From: Candidatus Thorarchaeota archaeon
GTDB taxonomy: Archaea > Asgardarchaeota > Thorarchaeia > Thorarchaeales > Thorarchaeaceae
DNA: 64,000 bases
NCBI GenBank assembly: GCA_029855935.1
Contig: JAGSHN010000016.1
Coordinates: 128,001-192,000, forward strand
Direction: 5' to 3'
Shown here: in pieces, positions 37,471-47,210 of the stretch
Layout: the number at the start of each line of letters is the position of its first letter
Position numbering within the stretch: position 1 is the stretch's first letter
Notes under the pieces: generated by a model
The model's input: the letters and a program-made list of their open reading frames with translations, nothing else
Told to the model about the DNA's origin: nothing
The model's database searches: none
Made by a program: the position numbers and the translations under genes

Positions 37471-38493
37471 ATGAGCGAGACTCGCAAGGCACCTCTTCTG
37501 CTCCTTGGACTGCTTTCAATGACCTTTGCCGAGGTCTTCTCGGGATCCTCTCCCGGATGGTTTCTGGACATCGGCGGATGGATTCTGCCCTTCCCCCTCT
37601 ACTGGTCGCACACGGTGTTCTTTCTCGGGCTGGCACACAGGTATCAGAAGGCCTCGATCCCCCATCTCTACCTATGGGGTGTGCTATTCGGACTGTATGA
37701 GACTTGGGTGACAAAGGTGGTCTGGGCAGGCTTTTTTGACTCTCCACCGCTCATCGCGCCAGTACTGGGCTTCGCCGTGTTCGAGACGCTTGTCATCGTG
37801 TTATTCTGGCATCCTGTGTTCTCCTTTATGGTCCCCGTCCTCGTCTTTGAGATGCTGACATACAGCCCAGACCATCCGACCGTGCTGTTGCCCGGTCATC
37901 TCAGGTGGCTGGTCCCCCGCTGGAGGTCGAAGATCATCGCCCTTGTGTTCCTCTTCATAGGCGGTGCCAATCTTGCCGTGGGCTGTGGTGGCGACATCGG
38001 CCTCGCTGCAGTGACATCACTGGGGAGCATTCTGCTCATCTACTTCGCGTACCTACTGGCACGACGCGGCGAGCCTCACTTCACAGTCGAGTCCGTGTTT
38101 GTCGGGCGTCGCGGGCTCATCATCTCAGGTGTGTATATCGTGTGTCTCTACGCGGTGACATTCTTTGTTCTTCGGCCGGAGGCGCTTCCGAGCATCGTCA
38201 CGATTATCATCACGCTCCAGATCTACGCCATTGTCGCAGCCGTTCTGTATGCTGCTCCTACCAGCCTCGTCGATCTCGAGACGGTCGAGAGGATGCCTCT
38301 CCTTGGGCCTGACTGGGTCTGGAGACGTTTCCTCATCTTCGTCATCCTTGCCACCGTGCTTGCCGCAATCGCGGCTGTAGTCTATTCAGTCGTGGCAATC
38401 GCTCTTCTCCTGATGGCGGCTCTGGGACCCGCACTGTTTGCGATGTCTGTCATCAGGCTGTGGCGCACACCCGACTACAGGGTTGCGCGCTGA
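37471..38493 (+). CDS. Polytopic membrane protein of unknown function
   Basis: About 9 TM segments; 'FAEVFSGS', 'FGLYETW.TK', 'FWHP'. Confidence 0.75.
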   Translation: MSETRKAPLLLLGLLSMTFAEVFSGSSPGWFLDIGGWILPFPLYWSHTVFFLGLAHRYQKASIPHLYLWGVLFGLYETWVTKVVWAGFFDSPPLIAPVLGFAVFETLVIVLFWHPVFSFMVPVLVFEMLTYSPDHPTVLLPGHLRWLVPRWRSKIIALVFLFIGGANLAVGCGGDIGLAAVTSLGSILLIYFAYLLARRGEPHFTVESVFVGRRGLIISGVYIVCLYAVTFFVLRPEALPSIVTIIITLQIYAIVAAVLYAAPTSLVDLETVERMPLLGPDWVWRRFLIFVILATVLAAIAAVVYSVVAIALLLMAALGPALFAMSVIRLWRTPDYRVAR

Positions 38494-38684
38494 GCTGGTG
38501 TGGTCCGGCGCTGGGGGTTGGCAGCCAGGACTCCTCGGGCCTCACAAAGTCCGCCAAGACGAAGTTTATCTGGGTGCTCGTCTATGGCTGAGACAGACTG
38601 CCGCAGTCCAGACAACGGATCCGGGTTGTGTATGACGAACGTCGCCGGGTCCCGATGTTTGAACCCCGATGTGGAGCAGATACG

Positions 38685-39167
38685 ATGACAGGCGAAGAGA
38701 GAGATCGCAGCGAAGAAGAGGTCAACAACATCCTCTCTGACTTCTCCCAGTTCTATATCCTTCTTCTGCTGAGCGAGGGACCGAGTCACGGCTATGCCCT
38801 CATCAAGGCCTTCAGAGAGAGGACCGGACGGAATCTCAGTGCGGGCACTCTCTATCCGTTCCTGCACAAACTACAGGAGAGAGGGCTGGTGACGCAAGAG
38901 GACCGCCCAGTGGGAAAGAAGCCTCGTACCATATACTCGCTGACGAAGAAGGGGCGAGAGTTCTGTGAGAGGCTCTTCGAGCGGTTCGCTGCAATCACAG
39001 CCTCTGCAATCGAGCCACGTCTTGAGACATGCGCCAGTTGCGGTGTCAAGATCTACGACGGCGGCTACTACGAGGTGATTGACGGACGCAAGATGGCCTT
39101 CTGTTGCAAGCACTGCGCCGCCGCCTACAAGAGGGGCGGTCATCACGATCACGACGACCATAAGTGA
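38685..39167 (+). CDS. PadR-family regulator fused to a TRASH/YHS metal-binding domain with His-rich tail
   Basis: 'GPSHGY', 'SAGTLYPFL..L...GLV', 'YSLTKKG'; 'CASCG...FCCKHC'; 'HHDHDDHK'. Confidence 0.88.
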   Translation: MTGEERDRSEEEVNNILSDFSQFYILLLLSEGPSHGYALIKAFRERTGRNLSAGTLYPFLHKLQERGLVTQEDRPVGKKPRTIYSLTKKGREFCERLFERFAAITASAIEPRLETCASCGVKIYDGGYYEVIDGRKMAFCCKHCAAAYKRGGHHDHDDHK

Positions 39168-39282
39168 CGTGTTCTGCGTCAGTCCAGACCCAAACCGAGT
39201 GCTAGGGTGGTCATCACATTGTCGTCAGTCCTGATGCATTGGGACGGGGGTAGGATGGGCGGTCGTCCCGCCCGTCCAAGAA

Positions 39283-40854
39283 TCAGGGTGACCCACTGAG
39301 CATCGCCACAAGACTGCCAAAGTTCATCAGGGCTGATCCTGCCGCCTCGGCGATTGAGTACACCGGGGCCGGGTAGATGCCTATTATGACGAGTGCCAGT
39401 GCCAGGACCCCCATCCCCAACGTCATCGTCCTGCTCGTTCTGTGCGCTCCTGCGGCTCTCTCGGAGAGAGGCCTGAACCACACGGTGTGGATCATCCGCA
39501 GATAGTAGCCCAGCGCGAGCAGGGCATTGAAGATGGCAAGGATGCTGAAGACGAGGTAGTATGAGGACACCAACAGGCCAGCCTGAACGCCCGCAGTCAG
39601 TATGAGAAGCTTGGCCCAGAAGCCGGCGAGTGGCGGCATCCCCATCAGTGACAGCACACCGATGGCGAAGAAGCCCGCAGTGACCGGCATCCTCTTTCCT
39701 ATGCCACTGAGGTCGTCAAGGTCTCTACTGCCGATAGCGTGGAGGAACGCTCCAGCACAGAGGAACAGGAGTCCCTTTGAGAGAGCGTGGTTGATGATGT
39801 AGAACGACCCCGTCTGAAAACCGAACTCGGTGGCAGTCCCAAAGGCGAACAGTATGAAGCCGATCTGGGTTATCGAGCTGTAGGCGAGCATCCGCTTCAG
39901 GTCGCTCTGGGTCAGCGCCCAGAAGTTGCCGGCCGTCATCGTGACCACTGCAAAGATGCCGAGCAGCAGCGGCCAGTTGAAGTAGACCGTATGGATTGGG
40001 AACAGCAGCGTGTTCATCCGTATGATGCCGTATACACCGACCTTGATGACAACTCCCGAGAGCATCGCGCTGATGCCGCTCGGAGCAGCGGGATGTGCAT
40101 CCGCAAGCCAGGCCGCAAAGGGCACCACCGCACCCTTGACTGCGAACCCCGCCGACATCAGGGCGACAACCACTGGCACCACGGGGTTGTCTGGGTGTGT
40201 CTGCAACAGATGCGACATCACTCCGAGGTTGAGAGTCCCAGTCAGTCCGTACAGGAGGCTGGCTGAATACAGGACCAGCGTCGAGCCAATCGCCTCCATC
40301 ATGAGATACTTGATTGCGGCCTCGATGCCCTCCCAGTTTCTGCGGAACGCAACAAGGACGAAGCTTGTCGCCCCCATCGTCTCATAGAAGACAAAGAGGG
40401 TGAACAGGTCGCCTGAGATGACGACACCGTTCATTGATGCGACCATCAACAGGAGGAGTGTGTAGTAGTGTGGAAGGCCCGTGTCCTCGCTCATATAGCC
40501 AACAGAGTAGATTGACACTATCAGTCCCATCAGGCTGAAAAGGCCGACCAGCATCACGGAGAACTGGTCAGCAGCGAGCACCACGCCCATCGGCGGACCA
40601 TACTCCGTACCGTTCCATGACCAGACGAAGGACCTCACGCCGTTGGTCCAGACGTCGCTCCCAAGCAGGTAGGAGTACAGGACGGCGAAGGCAAAGCCGA
40701 TTATCGCCAGTCCGTCAGGCAGGCCCCGTGGCACGCGCTTGAGAACGACCATGCACGCCTCTGAGATGACTGCCACGAGGAGAGCGGAGACAACGAGGAT
40801 CACTACGGGCATCACGACACCGAGACCCGGGATGTAGAGGATGTCAAGCTGCAT
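39283..40854 (-). CDS. nuoN: Antiporter-like subunit, NuoN/MrpD family
   Basis: 'DLFTLFVFYE', 'EAAIKY', 'K.AVVPF..WLADAHPAAP', 'KRMLAYSS', 'NHALSK'. Confidence 0.85.
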   Translation of the reverse strand: MQLDILYIPGLGVVMPVVILVVSALLVAVISEACMVVLKRVPRGLPDGLAIIGFAFAVLYSYLLGSDVWTNGVRSFVWSWNGTEYGPPMGVVLAADQFSVMLVGLFSLMGLIVSIYSVGYMSEDTGLPHYYTLLLLMVASMNGVVISGDLFTLFVFYETMGATSFVLVAFRRNWEGIEAAIKYLMMEAIGSTLVLYSASLLYGLTGTLNLGVMSHLLQTHPDNPVVPVVVALMSAGFAVKGAVVPFAAWLADAHPAAPSGISAMLSGVVIKVGVYGIIRMNTLLFPIHTVYFNWPLLLGIFAVVTMTAGNFWALTQSDLKRMLAYSSITQIGFILFAFGTATEFGFQTGSFYIINHALSKGLLFLCAGAFLHAIGSRDLDDLSGIGKRMPVTAGFFAIGVLSLMGMPPLAGFWAKLLILTAGVQAGLLVSSYYLVFSILAIFNALLALGYYLRMIHTVWFRPLSERAAGAHRTSRTMTLGMGVLALALVIIGIYPAPVYSIAEAAGSALMNFGSLVAMLSGSP

Positions 40855-40860
40855 CTGTCA

Positions 40861-42375
40861 TCAACCTCCTGCGACAAGGCCCGCCAGAACGGGCTGTAGG
40901 AACTGTCCGAGCAACCACGGCCAGATGCCGATGACCACGACGAAGAAGGCCATCACGACCATTATGCCGAGGACGGACCGTGGCGGGTCGCTGACACTCT
41001 CAAGGCCCTGAGGCACCGGACCGTACATCGTCCGTCGAATCGCCCACAGATAGTACGCCGCAGTCAGGCCGGTGGCCACAACAGCAACCACCAAGACAGC
41101 GACATACGCCCATCCCTGACCAATCATCTCAGCCGCACCGGCAAAGAGCATCAACTCTCCGGGGAAGGCGCACATCGGTGGAGTGCCTGCTATGGCCAGC
41201 CCTGCGAGTACGAACACTGTCGCGAGCACGGGCATCCTCGGAGCGAGTCCACCAAGTTGGTCGAACTCCATCGTGCCAGTCTGCATCTTGATGGCACCAG
41301 CGGCAAAGAACATCAGGCTGGCAAGGATGCCGTGGCTGATCAGCTGGAACGCCGCGCCATTGAGTCCCACCTCGGTCATGGTGGAGTACCCGAACATCAG
41401 ATAGCCGAGCTGACTGATGCTGGAGTACGCGAGCATCATCTTCAGGTCGCGCTGGGCGATTGCCATCATCGCCCCATAGAACATCGTGATGACGGAGATT
41501 GTCATCAGACCAAGAGAGTAGTCGACCATGAACGTTCTCACAATGGGTATGACCACACGGATGACGCCATATGCTGCAGTCTTCGTCATCGCGCCGCTGA
41601 GGAGGACCAGCACGGGGATGGGCGCCTCACGGTATGCTGGTGGTGCCCACACGTGCAGTGGGACCAGGCCCAGCTTGATACCGAAGCCCAGGAGGAACAC
41701 GACTCCAACGACCTTGGCTGTGCTGGCCGCAAGAGGAGCCGTGTACAGCGCCTGAATGTTGAACGTCCCGGTCGCCGAGAAGAGCATCAGTGTGGCGAAG
41801 ATTGAGATTATTCCTCCGACTGCCGTCCAGACCCAGAACTGGAATGCGTTGCGTGTACGTTCGTCCGCGTCCTCGGAGACACCGTACAGATAGACGAGCA
41901 GGAAGGCGGGAATCAGCATCACCTCGTAGAAGAGGAAGAACTGCAGGAGGTCTGTCGCATAGACGACGCCCACCATCGCGGCGACGAACCAGACCATCAG
42001 AGAGTAGTACACTCCAGGCCTGTGCAGGTCCCTCATGTAGGCGAAGGAATACACGACCGAGAAGAGGCCCAGGGAGATGATCAGCACCGCCACCGGTGCG
42101 CTCAGCCCGTCTCCGAGAAAGCCCAGAGTGACCAGCGGGTGGGTCTCGTCGCCGAGCCACACAATGTCATGGAAGACGGTCGACACATTCACTCTGAGCA
42201 GCAGGAGGACATTGAGGGCCAGCGCACCGAGCAATGAGAGGACCGAGAGCGCCCTTGCGCCTCTCTCCGACCGGGTGCCGACGAGGAGCGTCAGCAGACC
42301 GCCGAGAGTGAGGCCGAGTAGCGTGAGTATCATTGGAAAGTCCGACAGGAGCGGGATGTTGACGAGTTGCATCAT
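40861..42375 (-). CDS. nuoM: Antiporter-like subunit, NuoM family
   Basis: 'DLLQFFLFYEVMLIP', 'KLGLVPLHVW.P.AY.EAP', 'SHG', 'FPGE'. Confidence 0.88.
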   Translation of the reverse strand: MMQLVNIPLLSDFPMILTLLGLTLGGLLTLLVGTRSERGARALSVLSLLGALALNVLLLLRVNVSTVFHDIVWLGDETHPLVTLGFLGDGLSAPVAVLIISLGLFSVVYSFAYMRDLHRPGVYYSLMVWFVAAMVGVVYATDLLQFFLFYEVMLIPAFLLVYLYGVSEDADERTRNAFQFWVWTAVGGIISIFATLMLFSATGTFNIQALYTAPLAASTAKVVGVVFLLGFGIKLGLVPLHVWAPPAYREAPIPVLVLLSGAMTKTAAYGVIRVVIPIVRTFMVDYSLGLMTISVITMFYGAMMAIAQRDLKMMLAYSSISQLGYLMFGYSTMTEVGLNGAAFQLISHGILASLMFFAAGAIKMQTGTMEFDQLGGLAPRMPVLATVFVLAGLAIAGTPPMCAFPGELMLFAGAAEMIGQGWAYVAVLVVAVVATGLTAAYYLWAIRRTMYGPVPQGLESVSDPPRSVLGIMVVMAFFVVVIGIWPWLLGQFLQPVLAGLVAGG

Positions 42376-42390
42376 CGTGTCTTCAGCCTC

Positions 42391-44412
42391 CTACAGGAAC
42401 AGTATCACAAGAAGGAACAGTGCTATCCCCGCCATCATGGCCAGCACATTGGTGTTCAGTACTCCCGTCATTGTACGCCTCCAGCCGCGCGACACCGAGT
42501 CCAGTCCCTCCTGCGTCGTCCTGCTGAACGCCAGCAGGGCCGACTCAACCCGCCTGTGGAGGCCCCTGCTCAGCCAGAGATAGCCGCCCACGAACACGCG
42601 GTTGTACAGCGTGTTGACGTACCACCTGTTCTTGAGGAACCGTCCGAGAGGGCCGTCACGCAGGCTGGAGAAGTCGCCCTTCCCCCTGTGATAGATGAGG
42701 TAGGCCGGTGTTATGCCGACGACCCAGATCCCCACAGTGAGTAGTGTCAGTGGCCCCATTGCGAAGAGGTGAATGCTCGACCACTCGAACGGATGAATGA
42801 GGCTCTCGCCAATGGGGGAGAACGCTCCGAAGAAGACCAGTTCGAAGAGGCCTCCTCCCAGGGCCAGCGTTGCGAGTACGATGAGCGGGATCCTCATGCT
42901 CCAGGGGGCCTCGTGGATGTGATGTCCGTGGGCCTCCAGCTCCTCGACGTGCGCAGACCGCTTTCCGAAGAAGGTCATGAACACCATCCGGAAGGTGTAG
43001 AATGCTGTCAGAATAGCGGTCACAAAGGCGAGTACGAATAGCCAGAACTGGCCGCCCTCGAGCAGTGCATCGAAGATCATCTCCTTTGACCAGAAGCCTA
43101 TCGTCGGGAAGACGCCGGCGAGCGCCAGCGCACCAATCGTGAAAGTCGCTGCGGTGATCTTCATGTTGCTCCACAGACCGCCCATATCACGCATTGACTT
43201 GCTCTCGACGGCGTGGAGGACAGAGCCTGCGGCGAGAAAGAGTAGCGCCTTGAATATCGCGTGAGCAAGCAGATGGAACGTCCCCGCACTGTACGCCGTG
43301 ACGCTCTCTGCGACGAGCCCTGCGGCGCCAAGTGCAGTGAACATATAGCCGAGCTGCGAGATTGTGGAGTAGGCCAGCACCTTCTTGATCTCGTCCTGAA
43401 CTAGCGCCATTGTCGCTGCCATGAATGCGGTGAACGCCCCAATCCACGCCACGGTCTGGAAGAAGACAGTGACGCCGACCACATTCACAGTCATGTCGAT
43501 GAAGACCGGTACAAGCCGCGCGACGAGATAGACTCCTGCCTTCACCATAGCAGCGGCGTGGATGAGCGCGCTGACAGTGGTGGGGCCTGCCATTGCCTCT
43601 GGGAGCCACACGTGTAGCGGAAACTGAGCGCTCTTTCCTATCGGGCCAGCGAATATCAGCAGAGCGGCAACGGGCAAGAGCTGTGAGAGAGTCACGCCGA
43701 GGCCAGCCGCCCACGAGGCATTCCCCGCGAGCGACTGCAGCTCCACATAGTTGAAGGTGCCAGTGATCATGAACAGGATGAGGATACCAGCCAGCAGCCC
43801 TATGTCGCCGACACGCGTGACCATGAATGCCTTCATCCCGCAGACAGCATTGTACTCTCCCTCTGTCCTATAGTCGGCGACGGGACTGGGCGCCGTCACG
43901 TTGTGCCAGAAGCCAATCAGCGCATAGGAACACATCCCGACGACCTCCCAGCCGATGAAGGTCATCAGGAGGTTGTCCGCCATCACAAGGAGAATCATCC
44001 CGCCGACAAACAGCTGCATGAAGAAGTAGTACCTCGTCAGACTGGGGTCCTTGACGAGATTACCCTCTGCATCACGGCCAGTCATGTAGCCGATGCTGAA
44101 CAGGATGATCAGGGAGCCGATCCCTCCTGCTATGACCGCCAGCAGGACGCTCAGCGGGTCGACAAACACTCCAAAGTCCAGCCTGTAGGGTCCTGCGACC
44201 AGCCACGTCAGAAGGACGTAGTCTTGAGCCTCAGGATGGAGGACCATCGATGCGGTCAGGTCAAGAGCGAGAAATGCCGTCGCAAACCCCACGAGGACTG
44301 CCATTGCATCGCGGACTGTCCCTCCGATGCGCGCGAAGACGGGTGTCAGTACTGCGCCCACGAGCGGGACAACAAAGACAAGCCAGGCGGCGAGTTCCAC
44401 TGGGACAATCAA
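42391..44412 (-). CDS. nuoL: Antiporter-like subunit, NuoL/MrpA family
   Basis: 'GWEVVGMCSY.LIGFW', 'KSAQFPLHVWLPEAMAGPTTVSALIHAA', 'IKKVLAYSTISQ', 'HAIFKALLF'; TTG start overlaps the nuoK stop. Confidence 0.92.
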   Translation of the reverse strand: MIVPVELAAWLVFVVPLVGAVLTPVFARIGGTVRDAMAVLVGFATAFLALDLTASMVLHPEAQDYVLLTWLVAGPYRLDFGVFVDPLSVLLAVIAGGIGSLIILFSIGYMTGRDAEGNLVKDPSLTRYYFFMQLFVGGMILLVMADNLLMTFIGWEVVGMCSYALIGFWHNVTAPSPVADYRTEGEYNAVCGMKAFMVTRVGDIGLLAGILILFMITGTFNYVELQSLAGNASWAAGLGVTLSQLLPVAALLIFAGPIGKSAQFPLHVWLPEAMAGPTTVSALIHAAAMVKAGVYLVARLVPVFIDMTVNVVGVTVFFQTVAWIGAFTAFMAATMALVQDEIKKVLAYSTISQLGYMFTALGAAGLVAESVTAYSAGTFHLLAHAIFKALLFLAAGSVLHAVESKSMRDMGGLWSNMKITAATFTIGALALAGVFPTIGFWSKEMIFDALLEGGQFWLFVLAFVTAILTAFYTFRMVFMTFFGKRSAHVEELEAHGHHIHEAPWSMRIPLIVLATLALGGGLFELVFFGAFSPIGESLIHPFEWSSIHLFAMGPLTLLTVGIWVVGITPAYLIYHRGKGDFSSLRDGPLGRFLKNRWYVNTLYNRVFVGGYLWLSRGLHRRVESALLAFSRTTQEGLDSVSRGWRRTMTGVLNTNVLAMMAGIALFLLVILFL

Positions 44413-44744
44413 CCCTTCAACCTCCTCAGTTCGCGGATGTCCAAGGTTCCATAGTGTCTGTAGGCGTTGACGATCAGGCTCAGGGCGATGGCCGCTATCG
44501 CTCCCCCGATACATATCGAGACTATGACGAAGACCTGCACCATCGGGTCAATGGGCCCAAGAACAGACGGACTGCTCGTGAATGCGCCCAGTGCAAGGAA
44601 ATTGAGATTGGCCGCAGCCACGAGAATCTCTATGCCGATGACGAGCTTGATCATATTCCGAGCGCTGGCGAGTGTGTATACACCGAGCAGATACATCAGC
44701 AGCGCGAAGATGAGATAGATGTGCAGCATCTCAAGCATACTCAC
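44409..44744 (-). CDS. nuoK: NuoK/MrpC-like small subunit
   Basis: 'RNMIKLVIGIEIL..A.NL', 'YRHYGTLDI..L..LKG'; GTG start overlaps the upstream stop. Confidence 0.88.
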   Translation of the reverse strand: MSMLEMLHIYLIFALLMYLLGVYTLASARNMIKLVIGIEILVAAANLNFLALGAFTSSPSVLGPIDPMVQVFVIVSICIGGAIAAIALSLIVNAYRHYGTLDIRELRRLKG

Positions 44745-45025
44745 TCCACCTCCTCCCTGTCCCTGTTGTGGTCCCTCATGGACCGAAACATTGCGGACGC
44801 TCCGACGACAGCCGCGAGCAGCAGTGTCGCCTGCACCAGCACATCCACGACACGGAAGGACCAGAGCCACTCCCCTATTGTGGTACCAATCTGGTCCCAC
44901 GCATCAGGCGACAGGAGCGGCCCTGCAGGCGCGCCGAGAGAGAAGATGCTGAAGTCGACCAGTCGGCTACCTACGAGGACAACGATGACAAGAGAAAGCA
45001 GGAATGCCGCAGCCCTGTATCGCAT
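44741..45025 (-). CDS. Small membrane subunit (NuoJ C-terminal half / MrpB-like)
   Basis: 'IG.WLW.FR.VD...QA.LL.AAVVG' resembles the NuoJ C-terminal helix. Confidence 0.65.
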   Translation of the reverse strand: MRYRAAAFLLSLVIVVLVGSRLVDFSIFSLGAPAGPLLSPDAWDQIGTTIGEWLWSFRVVDVLVQATLLLAAVVGASAMFRSMRDHNRDREEVE

Positions 45026-45321
45026 CAGGCTGTCACCTCCGTGCCAGACTCATCCTCTGGGACACCAGCAGCCTCCTCCGGTGTCGCCAGGCTCATTGTG
45101 GCGAGGAAGAGTATCGCTATCGCTCCAGAGAACACGCTGAAGTTGAACACGGCCACATAGGGTGCGCCGAGGACAAAGTAGAGCAGGCTGAGAAGGCCAT
45201 TGCCCACTGCAAAGGCGATGATTGCAAGGGCAAGCCTTCGATGCTCCACTGCCACGACGAGAAACCCTAGAGCCAAGACCAGAATTGCCAGTTGGACGAA
45301 CTCCAAGGGTTGCGATATCAT
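45025..45321 (-). CDS. Small membrane subunit (NuoJ N-terminal half / DUF4040-like)
   Basis: 'LLYFVLGAPYVAVF...VFSGAIAILFL'. Confidence 0.75.
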   Translation of the reverse strand: MISQPLEFVQLAILVLALGFLVVAVEHRRLALAIIAFAVGNGLLSLLYFVLGAPYVAVFNFSVFSGAIAILFLATMSLATPEEAAGVPEDESGTEVTA

Positions 45322-45551
45322 ATCTGACTCCCGCCAGCACTCTTTCCTAGGGGACGCGCCGACCCGCAGGTGAGCCGTCTATAAATGTGACGGAGCAGGA
45401 ACTGCGTGCCCCACCCCCTCATAGAACGGGTCGTCCTCTCATATGGCTGTGACTACTGTCCGGTCTGCCCACAGTTTCTTGCTGACTTGCGGGCGTGGGG
45501 TGACAACGGTTATAGGTGAGCTCTCTGCCAATCGGTCAGAGGTCGCTTCAT

Positions 45552-46502
45552 ATGGCGAGGAAGGCTCTTGTCACTGGCGCAGCAGGATTCATTGGCAGCA
45601 ACCTTGCGGATCGCCTCATTGAGCAGGGCTATTCGGTGATTGGCATAGACAACCTCAGAACAGGGACCATGTCCAACCTCGAACAGGCTACTCGTCATCC
45701 CAACTTTGAGTTCATCCGCGCCGACATCTGTGACACTGACCTGCTAGGGTTCGCGTCGGACAACATCGATGTGGTCTTTCATCTCGCTGCGATATCATCT
45801 GTCGCGCAGAGCGTGGAGGACCCTCTCTCAGTCAACGAGACCAATGTCAACGGCACGGTAAATGTCCTGCGTCACGCGGTGGATCACGGTGTACGACGCT
45901 TTGTCTTCATCTCCAGCGCCGCGGTCTATGGACAGCCCTCCTCCCTGCCTGTCACTGAGGATGCCCCCATCCGTGCGATGAGCCCCTATGGCGCGTCGAA
46001 GATTGCTGGCGAGCAGTACGTGCGGGCGTTCAAGACAACCTACGGGATGGAGACAGTCATCCTCAGGTACTTCAATGTCTATGGTCCGAGACAGGCCCTC
46101 TCTGAGTACAGCGGTGTGGTCTCGATCTTCATCAACCGGGCACTGCACGACGAGCCTCTGACGATATACGGTGATGGTCTTCAGACACGCACTCTGATCT
46201 TTGTCGACGACGTGACGGAATACACAATGCGTGCAGCGGAGGTCTCCGAGGCCGACGGTGCAGTGCTCAACATCTGTGGTCCTGATGCCCTACGTGTGAT
46301 CGACATCGCAGAGACCATCCTACGACTGATTCCCGAGTCGCGCTCGGAGATCAGATACGCGCCAGCCCGCCCCGGCGACATTCGTGAGAGCGTCGGGTCG
46401 CTGGACCTCGCCTGCAAGGTCCTTGGGTACAGTCCTGTCACGGCCTTCGAGGATGGAATATCAAGGACTATCCAGTGGTACAGAGAGCTCCACCGTCGGT
46501 GA
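45552..46502 (+). CDS. NAD-dependent epimerase (UDP-glucose 4-epimerase-like)
   Basis: 'VTGAAGFIGS', 'SSAAVYG', 'YGASK', 'RYFNVYGP'. Confidence 0.92.
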   Translation: MARKALVTGAAGFIGSNLADRLIEQGYSVIGIDNLRTGTMSNLEQATRHPNFEFIRADICDTDLLGFASDNIDVVFHLAAISSVAQSVEDPLSVNETNVNGTVNVLRHAVDHGVRRFVFISSAAVYGQPSSLPVTEDAPIRAMSPYGASKIAGEQYVRAFKTTYGMETVILRYFNVYGPRQALSEYSGVVSIFINRALHDEPLTIYGDGLQTRTLIFVDDVTEYTMRAAEVSEADGAVLNICGPDALRVIDIAETILRLIPESRSEIRYAPARPGDIRESVGSLDLACKVLGYSPVTAFEDGISRTIQWYRELHRR

Positions 46503-46662
46503 GCAGCGAGCAGAGTGGCACTGCCCCTCGGGGTGCCCGTCCTCCGTCCGAGCCCCAGAATGTTGGTCACTCCGAATGACTTATCTGCGGACTGCTGGCG
46601 CCACGCCCGCGACAAGATTCAGCGAATCACAACGACGTGACCACTACTGGAGGTGGACAGCA

Positions 46663-47154
46663 ACGAGCAACACATCATTCGAGGTACACATCGAGTGCGC
46701 AGAGAGTCCAATGGCGCTGACAACAGCGCTCGGGCCTGACAACACTGTCGTTGTCACTCCTCCCGATGCCGTTGGCAACGTCTCGGGGGCGACCTGCCCG
46801 CACAATCTGTTTCTCGCGTCCATAGGGACGTGCATCAATCTCGTGTTCCAGGCTGCACTGCGGCGGGGTCGTGTCCCTGCCGAGGATGTGCGCAGTGTCG
46901 TGACTGGAGTGTACGAGCGCGATGAGTCGACCGGACGCAGCCGGTTCGTCAGAGTGGAGGTCAGGACGACAGTGGTCGTCTCTGAGGGCATCAGCGAGAG
47001 GCGCGTCCGTCACCTGTACGATCTGGCGTGTCGGAACTGTCCGATTGGAAACACGCTTGAGGGCGCGAGGCTGGCCCTTGAGGAACACTTGGAGATCGTC
47101 TATGCTCCTCAACTGAGCGCAGAGACTAGGTCAGAGGCAGGCCAGACCGCGTGA
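46663..47154 (+). CDS. OsmC/Ohr family protein
   Basis: Two-Cys pattern 'PHNLFLASIGTC' and 'ACRNCPIGNTL'; start uncertain (ACG 46663 behind GGAGGTG, or ATG 46711). Confidence 0.75.
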   Translation, partial: TSNTSFEVHIECAESPMALTTALGPDNTVVVTPPDAVGNVSGATCPHNLFLASIGTCINLVFQAALRRGRVPAEDVRSVVTGVYERDESTGRSRFVRVEVRTTVVVSEGISERRVRHLYDLACRNCPIGNTLEGARLALEEHLEIVYAPQLSAETRSEAGQTA

Positions 47155-47210
47155 GCCCGCTGCGTCGACGCTCTCACTACTCACAGACACCGGGGCTGGA
47201 GTGGGCGTCA

